From the NCBI GenBank assembly GCA_031425655.1, contig JANPJS010000034.1, positions 31,805-95,804 on the forward strand: a DNA stretch of 64,000 bases, in the 5' to 3' direction. Under the pieces are notes generated by a model. The model was not told the DNA's origin, did not search any database, and saw only the letters and a program-made list of their open reading frames with translations. This document shows positions 49,537-58,410 of the stretch, one piece after another (within the stretch, counting starts at the first letter, position 1; the number at the start of each line of letters is the position of its first letter). The stretch is from Abditibacteriaceae bacterium (GTDB lineage Bacteria > Armatimonadota > Abditibacteriia > Abditibacteriales > Abditibacteriaceae). The position numbers were made by a program, and so were the translations under genes.

Positions 49537-51470
49537 GGCTTGGCCTCGTTTTGCGGTCGGTTTTCCAGTTCTTGCAGCAGTCGTTTTAAGTCGGCGATGT
49601 CTTGCGTTGGTGGCCCAAAACGCGCCCTCTCGTAAGCGGCGATAAAAGGCTGTGCGGCGTGAAGATCGGCGATGCGCGCGTGGGCGGCCCAGACGCGGCC
49701 CGGCGGGCAGGGCAGGCCGCGTTTTGCCAGCCAATTCTCGAAACGAGCGCCGATGCTTGCTAATTCCGCATCGCGCGTTGCATAGCGAAATTCCTCGGCG
49801 AATGTAGGTTTTGGGTGTGTTCGCCAAGAGCGGAGAATCAGCCACGCGAAGAGCAATGCGACGGCGCCCAGCCATAATGTGAGTGGCAGCGTGCGTAAAT
49901 GTGCCAGCCACTCGCGTGCTGTTTTCAGCCACGCCGTGAGCTTTTCGCGCCACTTAAAACCGAGCGGCAACGACTCGGCGCGGCCTTCCGGGCGGCCTCC
50001 GCCGGGCGTGGCTTCGACGGTTATCCAGCCGCCTTCGACGTAGCTTTCGGCCCACGCGTGTGCATCGCGCCCGCGCACCACGAGCGCGTTGTGCCCGCCC
50101 GCTTCGTGCGCTAAATAGCCGATGGCATAGCGCGAAGGCACGCCCACGCAGCGCAGCAGCAGCACGGCGGCGGACGCGAAATATTCGCAGTGCGCGCTGC
50201 GCTTATTCAACAGAAAATCGCTGACTTTATCGCCGCTTCCCGGACGCGCGTTCAGGCTGTAAGCGTGATGCGAAATCAAGTAATTCTCGACGGCGCTCAC
50301 TTTTTCGCGCGCTGTTTTCGCATCGCCGACAATCTGCCGCGCCAAAACGCGAATGCGCTCGTCAACTTCGGGCGAAACTTCTAAAAAGCGCGCTCGCCAA
50401 GCCGCATCGGGCGGCGCGCACAGCGGCCCCTGATGCGTTTCGCCATCCAGAATCACGCTGTAAATCGGCGCGGTTTCTTCGCCGGCTACAACGCGCAGCG
50501 GCCCCAATTCGCGCTGCCATTCGAGCGATGCGCCGGGAATATCAATCCCGGCGGCGTGCAGCGGCGCGAAAACCAATTCTTTATCGCCGCCCAGTCGTTC
50601 AATTCGTGCCCGCTTGCCTGCCGCATTGGGGCGCAAGGTCGCGGGCAGCACATTCTCCATTTGGCGCCTTTCGACAACCGGTAACCATCGCCCCGATTGA
50701 TAATCGGCGAAGGTCATGGCGCGCAAATAGGAAAATGCCGGAAGATTCTCGGCGCGCAGCATTCGCGTCAGGCTGCCGCGAAAATTGAAGCTGGCGCCGA
50801 GATTGGGATTGGTCGAAAGGCCGGAAGTTTCCACCGTTTTGCCTTCTAAAAAGCGCATTCCCCACTGGCTGATTTCGTTGCGATAGGAATACACGCCGTA
50901 ATGCAAGCCCGCTCCGGCGCCGATGGCCAGCAGTAAAGAAAGGCCGCCGCTCATCAGTGCGTGCCGCTTTATGCCGTCGAAGTTCGCATAATCGCGCAAA
51001 GCCATGCCCAAACACCCAAAAAACAGCGGGGTCAGCCACGGAATGAAGCGATAGTCGAAGGTGTTGCTGGCGGCTAAAAAAACCATCGTGGACAGCAACA
51101 CGGCGACGGGAAGCCGCGAGCCGCCGCTCGGACGCCGCAGCCATGCTTGAATGGCCAATTCCGCCGCGCATAGCTGCCCGACAAAGTAAGCGAAATTCGC
51201 ATCCGACGAATCGGCGCTTTCGGATGTAAAGCGCAAATAAGTGCCAAATCCGAGAAGTGCAAACAAAACATAGCGCCCGACGCGAACCATCGGCGCTTCG
51301 TTGTCCAGTCGCGTGGCGCTAAATTGCGACGCGACGAGCAGAACGGCGCTGACTGGCAAAATCCAATGAGGGTTCGTGACATAAAGCGCCGCCAAAGCCA
51401 CGAACGCCATTGGCAGCGCCGTTTGCGGCAAGCGCGGAAGCGTGTTTGCCTGCGACAGCGCGGTGTTCAT
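49533..51470 (-). CDS. Membrane-anchored transglutaminase-like protein (TgpA/DUF3488 type)
   Basis: N-terminal TMs; HCEYFASA..LLLR..GVPSRY..GY, AHAWAE, W...EATP. Confidence 0.88.
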   Translation of the reverse strand: MNTALSQANTLPRLPQTALPMAFVALAALYVTNPHWILPVSAVLLVASQFSATRLDNEAPMVRVGRYVLFALLGFGTYLRFTSESADSSDANFAYFVGQLCAAELAIQAWLRRPSGGSRLPVAVLLSTMVFLAASNTFDYRFIPWLTPLFFGCLGMALRDYANFDGIKRHALMSGGLSLLLAIGAGAGLHYGVYSYRNEISQWGMRFLEGKTVETSGLSTNPNLGASFNFRGSLTRMLRAENLPAFSYLRAMTFADYQSGRWLPVVERRQMENVLPATLRPNAAGKRARIERLGGDKELVFAPLHAAGIDIPGASLEWQRELGPLRVVAGEETAPIYSVILDGETHQGPLCAPPDAAWRARFLEVSPEVDERIRVLARQIVGDAKTAREKVSAVENYLISHHAYSLNARPGSGDKVSDFLLNKRSAHCEYFASAAVLLLRCVGVPSRYAIGYLAHEAGGHNALVVRGRDAHAWAESYVEGGWITVEATPGGGRPEGRAESLPLGFKWREKLTAWLKTAREWLAHLRTLPLTLWLGAVALLFAWLILRSWRTHPKPTFAEEFRYATRDAELASIGARFENWLAKRGLPCPPGRVWAAHARIADLHAAQPFIAAYERARFGPPTQDIADLKRLLQELENRPQNEAKP

Positions 51471-52861
51471 AAAGCCGTCACGCCCTCTACGAAGGCTGCG
51501 CGCGAAATTACGGGAATCGGGCCGAACCAAGCGGCGTCGGCGTTTGGGTCTTGGGTGCAGGGCGTGTCGCGCGCGATGATGATTTTGAGGCCGACGCCGC
51601 TGCTTTGCAATCGCTCACAGAAAGCGCGGCGCGTTTCGTTCCAATCGAGAAATAAGCACACAATCGCGTTGATTTGCGCCAGATTTTCGAGAATCTCCGG
51701 CTCTAAAGTGTCAAACGGCTCATCGGGATTGGCTTCCACGCACGCCAAAATGTCGAGAATCTGGTCGAGATAAGCCAGGCTGCGCCCCGCCGTGAGGTGA
51801 TAAAGATTCGGCCCGGCGGCAAAAATATCCACCAGATATTCCTGTCGCGCCATGAAATCGCCGACCGCCGCGCACAATGAAACCGCACGCTCAAACGCCT
51901 CGCCTGATGCTGCGTTTGGGTTGGGTAGGTGCGTATCCAGCACCACCGCAACGCGCAAAAAATACTCTTCACGATATTCGCGCAGAATCGGTTTTTGCAG
52001 ACGCGCGGTGGCGCGCCAGTCAATATCGCGCGGGTTGTCGCCTTCCCGATATTCGCGGTTGCCCAGATATTCCATGCTCTCGCCCAGATGTGAAACCAAC
52101 GCCACGCCGCCGGGATGATGGCGCCGTCCCGTCGGAATATCAAGTTGTGTCAGCGGCGTGAATGCGGGAAAAACCAGGAGCTTGCGTTCTTCGGCGAAAA
52201 CCTGCGCGGCGTTTAGCAAGCCGAAGGGAAACGAAGTTTCGACGCGCCAGCCGCGCACTGTGAAAATGCCGCGTTGCGCCGCGCGAAGCTTTAGCGTTAG
52301 CCGCGCTTTTTCGCCGGACTTCAACGGAAGCACCGGCGCGCCGTGCGCCGGTTCAAGTTCGATATGCGGCGGCAAGCGGTGCGCGATAACGCGCCAATCG
52401 CGCGCGGTTTTGCGTCCGCTGTTCGTGACTTCGATTTCGACCGGCAGCGTTTCGCCCGCGCAAACGCGGTCGGTGTGCGCGGCCCGTAAATCGGCGCGCG
52501 GGCGATTACGAAAATACGCGACGACGGCGCACATCCACAAACTTCCTGCGTAAAGCAGTGGCACGTAAGATTGCAATTCCAACGAGTTGATGCCGGAAAG
52601 GAACAGCGCGACGGCGCCGATGAAAAACCAGCGGCCCGCGGGCGTAAATCGCTCGTTCCACACGCGCCACGGCCCGGCCAAACCGCCACTGTTGACGGTC
52701 AGAAAATAAGCCGCGTCGTGCGCGCCCGAAGTTGTGGGCCAACCGCTTTGTAGATGCCGTTTTTCGATGCCGTAAAACGCCGTGGCCCGCGCATCGCCGG
52801 TGGTCGCGTGGTCAATCAGCGCGCGGCGTCGGCGGACGAACTTTTCGGCGATGCGGAGCAT
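51467..52861 (-). CDS. DUF58 domain protein
   Basis: FPFGL, REYR.GD.PR.IDWRATAR, REY.EE, FE.AVS. Confidence 0.92.
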   Translation of the reverse strand: MLRIAEKFVRRRRALIDHATTGDARATAFYGIEKRHLQSGWPTTSGAHDAAYFLTVNSGGLAGPWRVWNERFTPAGRWFFIGAVALFLSGINSLELQSYVPLLYAGSLWMCAVVAYFRNRPRADLRAAHTDRVCAGETLPVEIEVTNSGRKTARDWRVIAHRLPPHIELEPAHGAPVLPLKSGEKARLTLKLRAAQRGIFTVRGWRVETSFPFGLLNAAQVFAEERKLLVFPAFTPLTQLDIPTGRRHHPGGVALVSHLGESMEYLGNREYREGDNPRDIDWRATARLQKPILREYREEYFLRVAVVLDTHLPNPNAASGEAFERAVSLCAAVGDFMARQEYLVDIFAAGPNLYHLTAGRSLAYLDQILDILACVEANPDEPFDTLEPEILENLAQINAIVCLFLDWNETRRAFCERLQSSGVGLKIIIARDTPCTQDPNADAAWFGPIPVISRAAFVEGVTAL

Positions 52862-52916
52862 GACTTGATTTTACGAAGGCGCGGGCGCCCGTTACAGCAC
52901 TTGAGTGCGCTCGCTT

Positions 52917-53023
52917 ATCTCCGAATAAATTCGGAGCCTATGTCTACCAAGTCCGCCTGCGCGGACTCTATGCAACCCGCGCAGGCGGACTTGGTAACGA
53001 TAGACCCCGAATTCATTCGGGGT
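52917..53023. repeat. REP-like composite hairpin element
   Basis: Perfect 20-bp stem TACCAAGTCCGCCTGCGCGG (52945..52964) / 52977..52996, flanked by CCGAAT..ATTCGG mini-hairpins. Confidence 0.85.
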
Positions 53024-53067
53024 GAGTTTTGGCTAAAATTGACTTATCCCCGAAGGAGTGTGTCGCT

Positions 53068-54249
53068 ATGTGTCGACTGCTTTATGTGTTGTTCTTAGCC
53101 GCGCTGCTGTCGCTGTCACCGGCGCACGCTTGCTTGTGGGACAGCGACACGCTGGCGACCGAAGCCAAAGGTTTGCCCGACGTGGTGCAAGTCATCACGG
53201 GCCGCTTCGAGCGCAATCCGCCGCTGTTTTACGAAATGCGTTTGGCGCGCGTGAGCAAAGAAATTCAATCGCAGCCTGCGAAGCTCGAACTCTACGACGA
53301 TGCCGCTGTCGCCTGCGACCGTTTGCACCGTTCCCGCGAAGCCATTGTGTGGATGGCGAAAAAACGCGCGCAGTTGAAGCCGTTTCCGCAAGACAAAGAA
53401 CATTGGTATCGCTATCACGCCAATCTCGGCACTTTTCAAGCGCACGATTGGCTGCGCTCCGGCGCCAATCGCAAAAACATATCGCAGATGAAATCGGCGC
53501 GCGACCACATCGCGCGGGCCATTAAAATCAACCCCGACGCGCATTTCGGGCGCGAAAAGTATCAATTGATGGCGATGGAATGGATTATCAAGCCGCCGAA
53601 AAACATGACGGTGATACCTGATTTTCTTGGCTTGTCGAGCAAAATAGATGGATTTCCGACCTCTGGCCCCAAAACGCAGCGGGAAGCCATTCGCGGCCTT
53701 TGTGGGCTAATTACTTTAGGGGCTGCGTGGGAGAGTGTGGACGTTTACCACGCGCTCGAATTCGCCTTGACTTTGGATAGAGAGAGCAGTGTGGCTCACT
53801 TGGCCAATCTCCGAATCGCGGAATTGTTACGCGATGGCCGCCATACTCTTTATCCGGGCGCCACACGCGACGATGAGCATTCGATGGTTAACTCGGAGTT
53901 CCTTAATTTGCCGCCGCAAGAAGATATGGGTTGGAAGGAAACGGATGCTGCCTTTATGTATCTGCGCCGAGAAGCCGACGAATGGCAGGCTAAACGCACC
54001 GCTTACATGGTGGAACACCTCAAAGCGGGTCGCCATCCAGATACCGATGCGACTTTCTGGACTGCCTGGAAGGACTACGGGCCACCGGCTATCGGGGAAA
54101 TTCCGACTCAAGGGAATATTCTGCGTAAGCAAGATAATCTAAGTCTTACTCTCATGTTCGTGGGCTTATTTGGAATCGTGTTGCTCTTGTGGCGCATCTG
54201 GGCCAAAAAACGAAAACGCCTCGCCGCCCAAACTTATGAATTCCACTGA
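53068..54249 (+). CDS. Secreted helical (TPR-like) hypothetical protein with C-terminal membrane anchor
   Basis: Signal peptide ending AHA-C; ANLGTF..H, AI.INPDAHFGRE; terminal TM plus basic tail; AAGGAG RBS. Confidence 0.7.
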   Translation: MCRLLYVLFLAALLSLSPAHACLWDSDTLATEAKGLPDVVQVITGRFERNPPLFYEMRLARVSKEIQSQPAKLELYDDAAVACDRLHRSREAIVWMAKKRAQLKPFPQDKEHWYRYHANLGTFQAHDWLRSGANRKNISQMKSARDHIARAIKINPDAHFGREKYQLMAMEWIIKPPKNMTVIPDFLGLSSKIDGFPTSGPKTQREAIRGLCGLITLGAAWESVDVYHALEFALTLDRESSVAHLANLRIAELLRDGRHTLYPGATRDDEHSMVNSEFLNLPPQEDMGWKETDAAFMYLRREADEWQAKRTAYMVEHLKAGRHPDTDATFWTAWKDYGPPAIGEIPTQGNILRKQDNLSLTLMFVGLFGIVLLLWRIWAKKRKRLAAQTYEFH

Positions 54250-54943
54250 TCTCGATCTCATCGAACGCTTCGTCAGCGCCTTTAACGCCGTGGATTTTCA
54301 TCTGCAAGGCGCGTTGGGCGAAGATCATCGGTCGTCGTTTCGCGCGATGGTTGATCTTTACGCGCGGCGCCATCGCTGGTGGCCGGATGCCGAATCGCTG
54401 CGCGTTTTCGCCAGTCTGCGCAACGTGATTATCCACGACAAAATCGCGCCCTATGAATACGTTTGCGTGCCGACTATTCAGGTTGTCGAAGATTTGGAAG
54501 CCATCCGCGAGCGGTTGCAGCACCCGGAACGCATTGATCCGCGCTTTAGCCGCGCGGTGGTCACGTTGGAAGCCGGCGATAGCTTGGAACACGTTTTGAA
54601 ACTGGTTCACGAGCGCGACATCACGCATTTTCCGGTTTATCACGGCACGAAATTCAGCGGATTACTCACCACCAACGGCATCACGCGCTATTTGGCGCAT
54701 CACGCGGCCAAAAACGGCGCGCCGCTCGATTTCGGCAGCGTAGAAGTGCGTTTCGTCTTAGCGCGCGAAGAAAGCCGCGCCATTTTCTTCTTCGCCGCGC
54801 GCGATGAGCCGGTGCGAAAAATCGCCTTCGCGTTTCACGAAAACACCTTTTTAGAAGCGGTTCTCATCACGCCGCACGGCGGCAAACAAGAGAAACTGAT
54901 AGGAATTGCCACACGCGCCGACGTTTTGGAATTTGGACTTTAA
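54236..54943 (+). CDS. CBS-pair protein with N-terminal helical HEPN-like domain
   Basis: FPVY....GLLT and VLIT.....LIGIAT..D CBS motifs; RNVIIH (Rx4H) in the N-region. Confidence 0.8.
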   Translation: MNSTDLDLIERFVSAFNAVDFHLQGALGEDHRSSFRAMVDLYARRHRWWPDAESLRVFASLRNVIIHDKIAPYEYVCVPTIQVVEDLEAIRERLQHPERIDPRFSRAVVTLEAGDSLEHVLKLVHERDITHFPVYHGTKFSGLLTTNGITRYLAHHAAKNGAPLDFGSVEVRFVLAREESRAIFFFAARDEPVRKIAFAFHENTFLEAVLITPHGGKQEKLIGIATRADVLEFGL

Positions 54944-54945
54944 AA

Positions 54946-55062
54946 TTTCAATGGAACACGGAGCTTCGCTACACGGAAACAACACGGATTTACACGGTTT
55001 TTCTTTGGATTGATCCGTGTAAACCCGTGACCGTTTCCGTGAAAATCCGTGTTCCATTGAAA
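54946..55062. repeat. Family A palindrome
   Basis: TTTCAATGGAACACGGA / TCCGTGTTCCATTGAAA. Confidence 0.9.
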
Positions 55063-55077
55063 CTACGGCTTGAAATC

Positions 55078-56583
55078 ATGACTGCACTTGAACAACTGAA
55101 GAACCATTTGGGAGAAATCCACGACCTGAAAAACGCTTCGCACGTTTTGGGCTGGGATCAGCAAACCTATATGCCAAGCGGCGGCGGCGAGGCCCGCGCG
55201 CACGCTATCGGCACGTTGGAGCGGCTCTCGCACGAGAAATTTGCTTCGGACGACACCGCGCGCCTGCTGGACGCCGCCGAACGCGAAACGCAAAATTTGC
55301 CGCCGGACAGCGACGAAGCGTGCCTGATTCGCATCACGCGCCGCGATTACGAAAAATCGCGCAAATTGCCCGACGAATTTGTCGCCGCGTGGGCGCGCGA
55401 TGCGATTCGTTCGAACGAAGTCTGGCGCCACGCGCGCGGGGCTAACGACTTCGCCGCGTTTCAGCCGCATCTCGAAAAAATGCTCGATTACGCGCGCCGC
55501 CAGGCCGATTATTACGGCTACGAAGCGCATCCTTACGACGCGCTGCTTGACGATTACGAACCGGAAATGAAAACCGCGCAAGTGCGCGAGATTTTCGCGG
55601 AACTCCGGCGCGAACAAGTGCCTTTAGCGCAGAAATGGGCGCAAGCCTCGGCAGGGCGCAGCGATTTTCTGAACCGTGAATATTCGCCGCAACAGCAGGG
55701 AGAAATCGGGCTTCGCATGGCCCAAGCGTTTGGTTATGATACGGCGCGCGGGCGATTGGACATCGCGCCGCATCCGTTTTGCACCAACTTTGGGCGCGAC
55801 GACGTGAGAATCACCACGCGCTACGACAAAAACCAGCCGGCGCAGGCGATTTTCGGCATCTTTCACGAAACCGGGCACGCGCTTTACGAGCAGAACACTG
55901 CGCCGGCTTTAGCGCGCACGCCTTTGGCAGCGGGCGCGAGCATGATGTTTCACGAATCGCAGTCGCGCTTGTGGGAAAACATCGTCGGACGCAGCCGCGC
56001 GCTGTGGCAGCACTTTTGGCCGCAGTTTCAGGCGGCATTTCCGCACAATTTGGCCGATGTTTCTGCCGAAGAATGGTATCGCGCCATCAATCGCGTCGAG
56101 TCGTCGCTCATTCGCGTCGAGGCTGACGAAGTAACTTACAATCTGCACATTATGCTGCGCTTCGATTTGGAAGTGGCGATGTTGGCAGGCGAATTGGAAG
56201 TGCGCGATTTGCCCGAAGCGTGGCGCGCAAAAATGCAGGAGTATTTCGCCATGTCGCCGCCCGACGACCGCGACGGCGTGATGCAGGACACGCATTGGTC
56301 GAGCGGTTCTTTCGGCTATTTTCCGACTTACGCGCTGGGCAATTTGATGTCGGCGCAAATTTGGGATACGGCCCGCGCCGCCGCGCCCGGTATCGGAGAC
56401 GAACTGGCGCGCGGCGAATTTTCCACGCTGCGCGGCTGGCTGTGCGACAATTTATACGTTCACGGACGCAAGTTTTTGCCGCCGGAACTGGCGCTGAAAG
56501 TGACGGGACGCCCGCTCGAAGCCGCGCCTTACTTGAATTATTTGAAGTTGAAATACAACGATTTATGCGGAGGCGATCAATGA
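55078..56583 (+). CDS. Carboxypeptidase M32 (Taq type)
   Basis: WDQQTYMP, HPF, DVRITTR, HETGHALYEQ, HESQS, IRVEADE, GYFPTY.LG. Confidence 0.96.
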   Translation: MTALEQLKNHLGEIHDLKNASHVLGWDQQTYMPSGGGEARAHAIGTLERLSHEKFASDDTARLLDAAERETQNLPPDSDEACLIRITRRDYEKSRKLPDEFVAAWARDAIRSNEVWRHARGANDFAAFQPHLEKMLDYARRQADYYGYEAHPYDALLDDYEPEMKTAQVREIFAELRREQVPLAQKWAQASAGRSDFLNREYSPQQQGEIGLRMAQAFGYDTARGRLDIAPHPFCTNFGRDDVRITTRYDKNQPAQAIFGIFHETGHALYEQNTAPALARTPLAAGASMMFHESQSRLWENIVGRSRALWQHFWPQFQAAFPHNLADVSAEEWYRAINRVESSLIRVEADEVTYNLHIMLRFDLEVAMLAGELEVRDLPEAWRAKMQEYFAMSPPDDRDGVMQDTHWSSGSFGYFPTYALGNLMSAQIWDTARAAAPGIGDELARGEFSTLRGWLCDNLYVHGRKFLPPELALKVTGRPLEAAPYLNYLKLKYNDLCGGDQ

Positions 56584-57077
56584 AAAACGCAAAATGTCAA
56601 ATGCAAAAACATCGTAGCGGGGCCATAGTTTTTTGCATTTTTAATTTGTCATTTTGCATTCTTACGGGATGCAGCACGCAGCAGCAAACGGCGCTGGAAA
56701 AGCAGGCCGAACAAGCCGTCGAAACCGTAAGAACTGTGACGGAAAAAAACGCCGCGCAAGCCATCCGCGACACCTCGGAATCGGCGGCGAAAACGTGGGC
56801 GAAAACCACGAAAAACGCCGGTCAGGGCGGCGTCGGCCTGCGCGTCAAAAGCGCGCTGGCCCTTTCGAGCCGTCTGGACGGCGCCAACGTTGACATAGAT
56901 GTGCAGGGCAGCAACTTAATTTTAATCGGCGAAGTGCAAAACTCAACGCAAAAAGTCGTGGCGGAAAGCCTTGTCCGCAATATCGCCGACCCGAAATTCC
57001 GCATCGTCAACCGCTTGAAACTCGCCGGTCAGCGTCCCGCGAAAAACGCGGAAAAACCCGCTGCCAAAGCCCTTTGA
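56580..57077 (+). CDS. BON-domain lipoprotein
   Basis: ATGA overlap, GGAGG RBS, lipobox LTGC; VKSAL.......VDIDV....L.L.GEV...QK..AE...IVNRLK. Confidence 0.8.
   Translation: MKNAKCQMQKHRSGAIVFCIFNLSFCILTGCSTQQQTALEKQAEQAVETVRTVTEKNAAQAIRDTSESAAKTWAKTTKNAGQGGVGLRVKSALALSSRLDGANVDIDVQGSNLILIGEVQNSTQKVVAESLVRNIADPKFRIVNRLKLAGQRPAKNAEKPAAKAL
56581..56660. repeat. AAAATGC-type heptamer palindrome inside the BON gene 5' end
   Basis: AAAAACGCAAAATGTCAAATGCAAAAAC / GTTTTTTGCATTTTTAATTTGTCATTTTGCATT. Confidence 0.82.
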
Positions 57078-58408
57078 TGAGCGAAAGCAAGGATTCTTCT
57101 CCGCTTAGGTGGCAGGATGACCGCGTATTGCGTGCGATTCTTGGTTTGGCGCTGCTGTTTGGCTTGCTTTACAACGGCGCGATTTTATTGGGGCGCGGCC
57201 CCGATGAAATCCGCCACATGAATTACGTGCGTTTGTTGCTTGATGAACACACGCTGCCGCGCATCATCTCGCTGAATCCTTACGCCGAAACCGGCGACGC
57301 GCACGCTTTTCATCCGCCGCTGTATTATGCGTTGCTGCTGCCGTTTTACGCGATATTTCGCGGCCTTCCCGGCGAAAGCGAATGGCACATCGTGCGGTTG
57401 GTTTCTCTTCTTTTGTGCCTCGCGCCGCTGCCGCTGATTTATCAAATCGCGCGGCGCGTCGGTTCGGTCTGGTTTGCGCGCCTGGTTGTGGCGCAAATCG
57501 CCCTGCTGCCGATTTGGGGCATGACCGCCGCGACTGTCAACAACGACAGCGCCGCGTTTTTCGCCGTTACGCTCTTTTTGTGGCTGCTGACCGTGAAATT
57601 CGCCGATCATCTCGACCGTCGCGCGTGTTTGATTTTGGGCTTGGCGATGGGATTGGGAGGCTTGTGCAAAGCCACGGCTTTGCTTTGCGACGGCGCCGCG
57701 CTGCTGCTCTTTTTCGCGGCGCGCGACGGCAAAAACGTCTTCAAAAGCAAAGCGAACTGGCAAAGCGCGCTCACGGTTTTGCTGCTCGGCGCCGTTATCG
57801 TTAGTCCCTGGCACCTTCGCAGCGAATTGCTTTATGGCACTTGGACGCCGCTGCCGCCCTCGGCACCTACACCGGCCTTGCCGCCGCCCGATGCTGGGAA
57901 ATTGGTGCAGGTGATGCACCCGAATTTCCCCCTTGTGTGCGCTGTGGCCAATTGGCGCTTGTTTTATACGCTGTGGGGCCAGCGCGACTGGCTCATGCAA
58001 CGCACACCCGACGGCCCAGTCGAGCCGGTTCAAGGCGCTCTCTATTTGGCGATGGCTGCGTATACCGCTTTGGCGATTTTCGGCGCCGTCGCGGCGCGCG
58101 TGCGAAAAATTGATACGTCCGAAATCGAGCGAAAAACTCTATGGCCATGCTACGGCGCATTCGCGTTAACGTGGCTCACGGTTTTGCAAATCGCGCTTTT
58201 TATGCACTGGGGCTGGAGCGAGGGCGGGCGTTATCTTTTGCCGGCGTTTTGCGGTTTCAGTTTGTTATTAGCGCGCGGTTGGCGCGGTCTTGCTGGTGAA
58301 AAAGTCCTGCCGTCGCTGACTTGGTTTTGGTTCGGCGTGGGCATCGTTCTCAACGGCATCTCGATTTATTGGCTGCTGACTTATTTAAACCCGACATTCG
58401 GCAGATGA
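57074..58408 (+). CDS. GT-C membrane glycosyltransferase (ArnT/PMT-like)
   Basis: PDE..H..YV, HPPLYY, VNND, GL..L.K, GRYLLP; multi-TM. Confidence 0.82.
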   Translation: MMSESKDSSPLRWQDDRVLRAILGLALLFGLLYNGAILLGRGPDEIRHMNYVRLLLDEHTLPRIISLNPYAETGDAHAFHPPLYYALLLPFYAIFRGLPGESEWHIVRLVSLLLCLAPLPLIYQIARRVGSVWFARLVVAQIALLPIWGMTAATVNNDSAAFFAVTLFLWLLTVKFADHLDRRACLILGLAMGLGGLCKATALLCDGAALLLFFAARDGKNVFKSKANWQSALTVLLLGAVIVSPWHLRSELLYGTWTPLPPSAPTPALPPPDAGKLVQVMHPNFPLVCAVANWRLFYTLWGQRDWLMQRTPDGPVEPVQGALYLAMAAYTALAIFGAVAARVRKIDTSEIERKTLWPCYGAFALTWLTVLQIALFMHWGWSEGGRYLLPAFCGFSLLLARGWRGLAGEKVLPSLTWFWFGVGIVLNGISIYWLLTYLNPTFGR

Positions 58409-58410
58409 CT

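Noticed and set aside
49537..49953. N-terminal extension of the MoxR ORF; likewise extended starts at 5065, 7034, 32619, 56220, 60563 and 63334
   Set aside because: These overlap neighbouring genes or lack family similarity; internal ATGs with RBS or stop/start overlaps fit better
52882..52890. CGGGCGCCC as a fourth copy of the 19-nt module
   Set aside because: Only 9 nt match in GC-rich DNA; the rest of the module is absent
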